34,878 nt of DNA from Chlamydiia bacterium. Lineage in GTDB: Bacteria; Chlamydiota; Chlamydiia; Chlamydiales; Parachlamydiaceae. The notes below the pieces were generated by a model. That model searched no databases. It was not told where the DNA came from and saw nothing but the letters and a program-made list of their open reading frames with translations. The position numbers and the translations under genes were made by a program. The DNA is taken from assembly GCA_038257035.1 (NCBI GenBank), contig JBBSJT010000009.1:1-34878 (forward strand), read 5' to 3'. Position 1 is the first letter of the stretch. Each line of letters begins with the position of its first letter. This document shows positions 28,032-34,878 of the stretch, one piece after another.

Positions 28032-29687
28032 ATGACAGCAGCAATGAATGGTGCGAACCCGCTAAATCCACTAATTTCAGGAAATTTACCCTCCGTTTCA
28101 ACCGAACCTTTAAAGACCACTACCCCACAAGAAACACCAAAGGCTCCAATACCCCCAAAAGAATTTGAAGGTAAAACGGTTTTTGAAGCTATTAGCATGC
28201 AAGCAAAAGCTGATGGAACAATTAAAGAGGGTGATACTCCCAAAATTACTAAACTTATTGGGCACTTTCCAAAAGAGGGTGAAAACATTATTGCTGATCA
28301 TTACACGGAAGGAAATAAAAAATACTTTAAATTTGATGTCACATGGAAAGCTACAGTCAATGATAAGAGTGTTGAGTTTACACAAGTTATTTATACAAGC
28401 ATAGAAATACCTGCTGATGACTCAAAACTTCAAAAAGCCAGTAAAGATGCATACGAAGTTGCAAAATCGTATGAACTTCTTCAAAGAAATTTAAAGCAAA
28501 CAGGATCTAGCCCAGAACTAAGAGCGATACAAACAAACGCTCTGATTTCGTTCGAGAAAAAAACTCCAAATCTTGATATGAATAATTATAAAGCATCTTA
28601 CATACCAAAAACTTCATCCGAAAATCTAAGTGTTGAGTTACTTCAACTTGATAAAACACCAAAAGTATATCGTGATAAAGTCGAAAGAGTATTTGCCTAC
28701 AGACTTCATAAAATGCAGGCACAAAACATTATTTTATTAACAGAAGGTAGTGGTAGTGATAAGGCTGAATGCAATAGAAGAGATGAAGGTTTTTCATCAA
28801 AAGTAAGTGATAAAATTTACCAAACTCATTTGGATGACAAATCACAAGAATTAAAAAAACAAAATAAAGCAGCCCTTGCCCTCAACAATAATGTTTCAAA
28901 ATCTGATGCCAATGAATTACAACAAATGACCAGAGAAGTTAATAGGCTAACAAAGGAAAAGCCAGGCGATCTTGCTTTAATAGAGGGTAAAAAACAAGAA
29001 ATTGCGAAAAAATTGGATGAGACTCCTGAAATTGAAGTTCTTCAAGCGGCAAAAAGTAGAACGGATAAGTTTATAAAAGTAGTAGAGAATGCAACTAAGG
29101 GTTCTAAAGATGTAGATCCTGAACTAGAAAAAATGAAGGCTGATAGCAAAAAGCTTGGTGAAAAAATTCAAAACATGAAAAAAGACCTTTTAGAAAAACC
29201 TATCGTTGACGACGAGGAAAAAATTGAGTTAACAGTTGAAGATGATCCTAAATTAAATGAGGCAGATGAATCTTCGGATGTCGAATTATTAGATTCAGAT
29301 GACGAATTTTCTGACCCAATAAAGGTTCCTGAACTAATTAAAGAACCTAATGTGAAATTGGATCCTCCAAGCCAATGGAAAAGTGATGCTAAGGAACTAA
29401 TAGCCAAACACGAGGAAATATTGAAAAGTCCAGAATATGTTAAATTAAGTAATCAATTAGAGGAATTACGTAAAAAAGAGGAATCTAATGAACTAACAAC
29501 AGAGACTGAAATCAAGAATTTAGAAAACGAATGGACGTCGGTACTCAATCAGATGACGACAAAAACTTCCGAAAGCCTTAAAAATTTAGGGCAAACGGTT
29601 CAAAAAGTGTTAGACTTGGAAGATGGCAAAGTTGACCAAGAGATTAAGGATCTCAAAGAAAAAATAAACAAATTTAGAGGGCTATAA
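28032..29687 (+). CDS. Hypothetical K/E-rich coiled-coil protein (candidate secreted effector)
   Basis: 551-aa ORF with RBS gagg, a P/S/T-rich N-terminus, an acidic linker and coiled coils. No recognised family. Confidence 0.7.
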   Translation: MTAAMNGANPLNPLISGNLPSVSTEPLKTTTPQETPKAPIPPKEFEGKTVFEAISMQAKADGTIKEGDTPKITKLIGHFPKEGENIIADHYTEGNKKYFKFDVTWKATVNDKSVEFTQVIYTSIEIPADDSKLQKASKDAYEVAKSYELLQRNLKQTGSSPELRAIQTNALISFEKKTPNLDMNNYKASYIPKTSSENLSVELLQLDKTPKVYRDKVERVFAYRLHKMQAQNIILLTEGSGSDKAECNRRDEGFSSKVSDKIYQTHLDDKSQELKKQNKAALALNNNVSKSDANELQQMTREVNRLTKEKPGDLALIEGKKQEIAKKLDETPEIEVLQAAKSRTDKFIKVVENATKGSKDVDPELEKMKADSKKLGEKIQNMKKDLLEKPIVDDEEKIELTVEDDPKLNEADESSDVELLDSDDEFSDPIKVPELIKEPNVKLDPPSQWKSDAKELIAKHEEILKSPEYVKLSNQLEELRKKEESNELTTETEIKNLENEWTSVLNQMTTKTSESLKNLGQTVQKVLDLEDGKVDQEIKDLKEKINKFRGL

Positions 29688-29781
29688 CATTTCCACGAGT
29701 TTAAAGTTTTTTTTAATTCCTTCTTTAATCAAATGATGAAAAAGGCAATAATGCGAACGACCGAAAAAAAATAGGGTTGTT

Positions 29782-31308
29782 ATGCATATTGTACATATTG
29801 CTTCTGAACTTGCACCGCTTGCAAAGGTCGGGGGCCTCGCTGATGTCGTAATAGGGCTTTGCAGGGAATTGTCTTGGAAGGGCCATGATGTTGACATCAT
29901 CATTCCAAAGTATGATTGCATGGATTCTAGCCAAATACGGGATATGGAAGTTTTTACAAATGATGTGATGTCCTTTTATAACGGAGAGTGGTACCATAAC
30001 ACGATTTGGATCGGATGGGTTGAAAATCTAAAAGTCTATTTCATAGAACCTCATCACCCCTCATATTTTTTTAATCGAAGCTGCATTTATGGTTGTGAGG
30101 ATGATACAGAACGCTTTCTTTATTTTTCACGGCTTGCAATTGAATTTTTATATAAGCTAGATATTAAACCAGACATCATTCATCTGCACGATTGGCAAAC
30201 GGCAGTCATTGCCCCACTTTATTATGAGATGTACAACGAACTAGGGTATGACCAATCAAAAATCTTCTTTACTATCCATAATATCGAATATCAAGGAAGA
30301 TGCGCCCCATTCGATCTTGATCGAATCGGACTAGAGGGTTTAAGTTTTTTGAACCCTGAAAAAATGCAAGATAATGTCTACCCTGAAGCGATAAACTTGA
30401 TTAAGGGAGCCATCGTTTATTCAGATTTTATTACAACCGTATCGCCAAATTACGCAAAAGAAGTTTTAACAGCGGCGCAAGGTTGCGGTATGGAAAGTAC
30501 TTTAAACCTTTATAAAGATAAGTTTGAGGGAGTTTTAAACGGAATAGATTACTCTTACTGGAATCCTGAAATTGATCGTTTTTTACCTGTGCATTATTCA
30601 GCAAGAGAGACTCCGAAGAACAAAAAAGATCAGAATACCTTTGATAAAAAAGCTTTTCTGAAAAATTTCACAAGAGAAAAATTCTCTTTGAATGAATCTT
30701 ATAGTCCAATTGTTAGCTGTATCGCACGTCTTGTGCCTCAGAAGGGAATTGAGCTAATTAAACACGCATTAAAATATACAGTTGAGCATGGAGGGCAATT
30801 TTTACTTCTTGGCTCATCGCCAATTGCATCAATTCAGCATGATTTTACAGAGTTAAAACAGCATTATGCCGGAAATCCAAACGTGCACCTGTCGCTTCAT
30901 CATCAAGAGGAAACTGCCCATTTAATTTTTGCAAGCTCAGATATGTTTATTGTACCCTCTCTTTTTGAGCCATGCGGTCTCACCCAGTTAATTGCTTTAA
31001 AGTATGGGGCGGTTCCCATCGTCAGACGAACAGGAGGCCTTGCCGACACAGTTCATGATGTTGATGAGGCAGACGAAATTGAAAATAATGGCTATGTATT
31101 TGATGAAGCTACAAATGAGGCTGTCGAAAAAACTCTAGCTCGCGCATTTAAATGTTATTTTAAAGATCAGGAAAGGTGGCGAAAAATTGTCATTAGAGGC
31201 ATGAATAGTGATTTTAGCTGGAATAATCCATCAGATCATTATTTATCTCTTTACAAGAAACTGCTCGGAGAGGAAAATAGTGAAAACCTTAAAGTTTTTA
31301 GGAATTAA
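29782..31308 (+). CDS. glgA: Glycogen synthase
   Basis: ASELAPLAKVGGLADV, HLHDWQT, TVSPNYA, RLVPQKG, PSLFEPCGLTQ and TGGLADTV motifs. Confidence 0.96.
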   Translation: MHIVHIASELAPLAKVGGLADVVIGLCRELSWKGHDVDIIIPKYDCMDSSQIRDMEVFTNDVMSFYNGEWYHNTIWIGWVENLKVYFIEPHHPSYFFNRSCIYGCEDDTERFLYFSRLAIEFLYKLDIKPDIIHLHDWQTAVIAPLYYEMYNELGYDQSKIFFTIHNIEYQGRCAPFDLDRIGLEGLSFLNPEKMQDNVYPEAINLIKGAIVYSDFITTVSPNYAKEVLTAAQGCGMESTLNLYKDKFEGVLNGIDYSYWNPEIDRFLPVHYSARETPKNKKDQNTFDKKAFLKNFTREKFSLNESYSPIVSCIARLVPQKGIELIKHALKYTVEHGGQFLLLGSSPIASIQHDFTELKQHYAGNPNVHLSLHHQEETAHLIFASSDMFIVPSLFEPCGLTQLIALKYGAVPIVRRTGGLADTVHDVDEADEIENNGYVFDEATNEAVEKTLARAFKCYFKDQERWRKIVIRGMNSDFSWNNPSDHYLSLYKKLLGEENSENLKVFRN

Positions 31309-31890
31309 GTGAGTATTGCCAATTATTTTACTTTCGCAAGGCTTTTGTTAAGCCCCCTATTTTTGCTTGTTTATCTCAAGTACGAAGCATTAGGAATTAC
31401 TCCAACGGCTTTGCCCTACGTGCTTTTTATTTTACTTGGTATACTTGAATTGTCCGATGCATTTGATGGCTACATAGCAAGAAAATACAATCAAGTAACA
31501 GACCTTGGGAAAATTTTAGACCCGATGGCCGACAGTATTTTACGTATCACAGTATTTTTAGCTTTTACTCAAGATCCGGTTAATTTACCGATCTTTTTGG
31601 TTTTCATTTTCCTTTATCGAGATTCCATGATCAGTATGCTTCGCACTCTTTGCGCACTGAAAGGCTTTGCCTTGGCAGCAAGCATGAAAGGCAAAATCAA
31701 GTCGATCATGCAGGCATTTGCTGCCTTTATGATCATTCTTTTGATGATTCCGCATTCATTAGGAATGTTGGATACTTCAACCTTTGAAAGTTTAAGCCTC
31801 TGGATTGTCAGCATTGCAGCTGCATATTCTGTCTATTCGGGGATTGATTACTTCATAAATCATCGAAGTACCATCGCTAAAATGCTTTAA
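31309..31890 (+). CDS. pgsA: CDP-diacylglycerol--glycerol-3-phosphate 3-phosphatidyltransferase
   Basis: CDP-alcohol phosphotransferase motif DAFDGYIARKYNQVTDLGKILDPMAD; GTG start; adjacent to glgA as in chlamydiae. Confidence 0.9.
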   Translation: MSIANYFTFARLLLSPLFLLVYLKYEALGITPTALPYVLFILLGILELSDAFDGYIARKYNQVTDLGKILDPMADSILRITVFLAFTQDPVNLPIFLVFIFLYRDSMISMLRTLCALKGFALAASMKGKIKSIMQAFAAFMIILLMIPHSLGMLDTSTFESLSLWIVSIAAAYSVYSGIDYFINHRSTIAKML

Positions 31891-32015
31891 AATACCTTTT
31901 TGGATGATATAAAAATCATTTGAGTTAACTAAATTTAGATTCAAAGTCTTTTTTTTAATTCTTTAATTTATTCCCCCTCCTCGCTATAATTCAGAAAAAT
32001 TAAGACCGGAAAAAA

Positions 32016-32990
32016 ATGGATAAAAATCAATTGATTATTGTGACGGGAGGAGCCGGATTTATAGGCTCATCCGTAATTCGCTGTTTAAACGAAAGTGGAA
32101 TTGTAAATATTATTGTTGTAGACGATCTTGGGTTTAGCGAAAAATGGAAAAATCTTGTCGGCACAAAATTTACCGATATCATCGGAAAAGAGCAGTTCTT
32201 TTCTTGGGCTAGAGGCCGGGAATCTCAAATTGGTGCACATATTCATTTGGGTGCTTGTTCAAGTACTGTTGAAAAGAATGCAAGCTACCTCCTTGAAAAT
32301 AATTATCGATTCAGCGTAAATCTTGGCACATACGCCCTTCAAAATAATCATCGTTTTATTTATGCATCTTCTGCAGCAACTTATGGCGATGGTCACTTAG
32401 GCTTTACAGATGATAGTAATAAAATTGATGAGCTTCATCCTTTAAATATGTATGGTTATTCAAAGCAACTCTTTGATTTATGGGTTAAAAATCAGGGTGT
32501 GCAAGACAAGCTTATTGGCTTAAAATACTTTAATGTTTTTGGGCCAAATGAGGCTCATAAAGGCAGGATGGCATCTGCAATTCATCATTTATTTCCCATC
32601 ATCAAGAAAACAGGTAAAGTTCAACTTTTCAAATCGGATGATTCAAATTTTGCCGATGGCGAGCAAAAAAGAGATTTTATTTATGTTAAGGATGCAGCAA
32701 GAATGACATGCGCCTTTCTAAACCATAAAGCTAGCGGTATTTATAATGTTGGTAGCGGTTTGGCATCAAGTTGGAATCAACTCGCATTTGCTATGTTTAA
32801 AGCGATGAATTTGGAACCCAATATAGATTACATTGACATGCCCGCTGATTTAATTGGCAAATACCAAAATTACACCTGCGCAGATATGCAAAAAACAAAA
32901 GCTTTACTAAAAGATAGTGCTAATTGTTTAAGCCTTGAAGCATCCGTTGCAGACTATATCCAAAATCACCTCAATAAATCATCGGGCTAA
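32016..32990 (+). CDS. hldD: ADP-L-glycero-D-manno-heptose 6-epimerase
   Basis: IVTGGAGFIGS, HLGACSST, YASSAATYG, PLNMYGYSK, YFNVFGPNEAHKGRMAS and YQNYTCAD motifs. Confidence 0.93.
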   Translation: MDKNQLIIVTGGAGFIGSSVIRCLNESGIVNIIVVDDLGFSEKWKNLVGTKFTDIIGKEQFFSWARGRESQIGAHIHLGACSSTVEKNASYLLENNYRFSVNLGTYALQNNHRFIYASSAATYGDGHLGFTDDSNKIDELHPLNMYGYSKQLFDLWVKNQGVQDKLIGLKYFNVFGPNEAHKGRMASAIHHLFPIIKKTGKVQLFKSDDSNFADGEQKRDFIYVKDAARMTCAFLNHKASGIYNVGSGLASSWNQLAFAMFKAMNLEPNIDYIDMPADLIGKYQNYTCADMQKTKALLKDSANCLSLEASVADYIQNHLNKSSG

Positions 32991-32992
32991 AA

Positions 32993-34318
32993 ATGCAAAG
33001 ATTAACGGGAACACTTAGTTGTTTAACAAAATCTAAAGTTTTATTAATGGGGGATTTGATTCTGGACTCCTATACATTCGGAAAAGCAAAGCGTATTTCG
33101 CCGGAAGCACCCGTTGCTGTTTTAGAAGTACAAAGAGAAGAGCAAAGAGCGGGAGGTGCAGGGAACGTTGCGCTCAACCTCATTTCACTTAGTTCAGAAG
33201 TTGTATTGGTAGGTAGAATCGGCGATGATAACGCCGGAGCAAGTTTACACCATGCTCTAAATGAAGAAGGTGTGGATTTAAGCGGTATCTTTGTGCAGAA
33301 GAATTATCAGACACCTGTAAAGAATCGCATTATTGCAGAAAATCAACAAATTGTACGTATCGATCATGAAAAATTTACAGCGTTGCCTTTATTACTTGAG
33401 CAAGAAATTATAGAAAAGTTATCAATACTTATTGAAGGTGTAAGTGTAGTTTCCATTTCTGACTATGGAAAAGGGTTTTTAACTGATAAAATTTTAAGTA
33501 CCGTTATAGAACTTGCAACCTCAAGAAAAATTCCGGTAATTGTAGATCCGAAGGGAATGAATTTTTCTAAATATAGAGGTTCAACTTTAATCAAACCCAA
33601 TCTTAAAGAAGCGTATGGGGCGGCAGGGTTACCTGAGGATGCACCGTTAGAGCTTGTAGCTTCCACCCTTTTAAAAATTACCGAATCTGAAATGCTGATG
33701 ATCACTCGATCTGAGGCTGGAATTTCTTGTTTTTACAAAAACGGCACACAGCAAGATTTTCCTGTTCGAGTTAAGGAAGTTAAGGATGTGACAGGGGCCG
33801 GTGACACTGTTTTAAGTATGTTGTCGATTGCAATGGCTTGTCAGATTGATATGGCCCACACCATTCAATTTTGTAATTTAGCAGCAGGTATTGCAATCGA
33901 GCGCTTTGGTTGCGCACGGGTTAGCTTGTCAGACCTTGCAAGACGGCTACTTGAGTGCGACTTCATTAATAAAGTCTTTGATGAAGAGCATCTTTTTGCG
34001 CTTCAAGAGGCTTTAAAAGGGCGAAAAATCAAACTTCTTGGATTGTCAGGTGAAAATGGGCTAACGACAGCTATTTTTAGTACCATTAACCAACTATCGA
34101 GCCATGAAGATTTCGATTTATTAGTTTACATCAGAGACATTGAGCCTGACCAAGAATTTATCAATGTCTTGGCATCTCTTCAGAATGTGAATTTCATTAT
34201 TTTGAATACGGACAATCTGCGCAATCTTTGCAACAGGATCGAGCCTGATGAAGTTTATTTCTTGGACGGTAAAGAATTGAGTAAGCTCGAGCATTCGGCG
34301 AGCCTCTTCGCTGTATAA
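32993..34318 (+). CDS. hldE: D-glycero-manno-heptose 7-phosphate kinase (HldE) with a degenerate C-terminal nucleotidyltransferase domain
   Basis: RISPEAPV, GGAGNVA, SDYGKG, VDPKG, PNLKE and DVTGAGDT motifs. Confidence 0.9.
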   Translation: MQRLTGTLSCLTKSKVLLMGDLILDSYTFGKAKRISPEAPVAVLEVQREEQRAGGAGNVALNLISLSSEVVLVGRIGDDNAGASLHHALNEEGVDLSGIFVQKNYQTPVKNRIIAENQQIVRIDHEKFTALPLLLEQEIIEKLSILIEGVSVVSISDYGKGFLTDKILSTVIELATSRKIPVIVDPKGMNFSKYRGSTLIKPNLKEAYGAAGLPEDAPLELVASTLLKITESEMLMITRSEAGISCFYKNGTQQDFPVRVKEVKDVTGAGDTVLSMLSIAMACQIDMAHTIQFCNLAAGIAIERFGCARVSLSDLARRLLECDFINKVFDEEHLFALQEALKGRKIKLLGLSGENGLTTAIFSTINQLSSHEDFDLLVYIRDIEPDQEFINVLASLQNVNFIILNTDNLRNLCNRIEPDEVYFLDGKELSKLEHSASLFAV

Positions 34319-34378
34319 TTTTTCACACCAGAACAAGTTGGAAAGGTGTTGTTGCAAGTTTTATAAATCAAGCTTTCC

Positions 34379-34490
34379 GATTTTTTTACCAGTGAGTCGT
34401 TAAGAAAGACATGAGGGCAGTGAGGGGTCTTGAAATTCCAACCCCTCACTGTCCTCATGTCTTTCTCACTGCCTCACTGGTAAAAAAATC
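34379..34490. repeat. 112-bp palindromic dispersed element, copy 2
   Basis: gatttttttaccagtgagtcgttaagaaagacatgagggcagtgagggg...cccctcactgtcctcatgtctttctcactgcctcactggtaaaaaaatc; homologous to 7527-7638. Confidence 0.9.
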
Positions 34491-34506
34491 ATAGACGGTG
34501 GACAGT

Positions 34507-34878
34507 CTAGAAGTTGCGGGTGGCGCGGTCGCGCTGGTAATGGCGCTCAATGCCGTTAGCAACCTCCTCCGGGCTGTCTGTGATTTGAATAAGCTTTAAA
34601 TCTTCAGGAGCAATGCCATCCATTTTTAAAACTGTTTCAACTAGCCAGTCCATCATGCCTTTCCAGTATTCTGTTCCAAGTAAATAAATAGGGAAGGGCT
34701 TTATTTTTTTGGTTTGGATTAAGGTTAGGGCCTCAAATAGCTCATCGAGCGTTCCATAGCCGCCCGGCAAAAAAACGTAGCCTTGAGCGTATCTGATAAA
34801 CATTACTTTTCTGATGAAGAAGTAGCGAAATTGCAATCTATAATCGAGGTCGATGTAATCATTTAATTTGGCCTCAAA
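34507..34878 (-). CDS. LOG-family (TIGR00730-type) nucleotide phosphoribohydrolase, 5'-partial
   Basis: FRYFFIRKVMF and PGGYGTLDELFE motifs; the frame stays open to the window edge. Confidence 0.9.
   Translation of the reverse strand, partial: FEAKLNDYIDLDYRLQFRYFFIRKVMFIRYAQGYVFLPGGYGTLDELFEALTLIQTKKIKPFPIYLLGTEYWKGMMDWLVETVLKMDGIAPEDLKLIQITDSPEEVANGIERHYQRDRATRNF

Noticed and set aside
314..34458. Numerous 60-105 aa ORFs overlapping long genes
   Set aside because: They are antisense or out-of-frame shadows of well-supported CDSs and carry no motifs.

Overview
AT-rich bacterial chromosome segment, very probably from an environmental Chlamydiae (Parachlamydiales-like amoeba symbiont). The evidence is the right half, which keeps the chlamydial block pgsA-glgA / prs-rplY(ctc)-pth-rpsF-rpsR-rplI-ispE with tRNA-Gln and tRNA-Asn, followed by hldD, hldE and a LOG-family gene. 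The left ~23 kb is accessory. It holds a DEAD-box helicase, a secreted GH5 glycoside hydrolase with three 92-aa repeats, and a tandem pair of exported LEA-like 11-mer-repeat proteins. It also holds two convergent sensor proteins that lack kinase domains, a J-domain-like protein, an F-box protein and an AbiE (type IV TA) pair with twin operators and a frameshifted toxin. A Zn-finger FAD monooxygenase, catalase HPII, a lipase and a CAP protein follow, then an IS30 that splits a reconstructable gene next to a duplicated tRNA-Asn 3' flank. Several long palindromic non-coding elements sit in intergenic gaps, including one 112-bp family present twice, 27 kb apart. No CRISPR array or rRNA was seen. 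All functional calls come from motif recognition by eye; no database searches were run.
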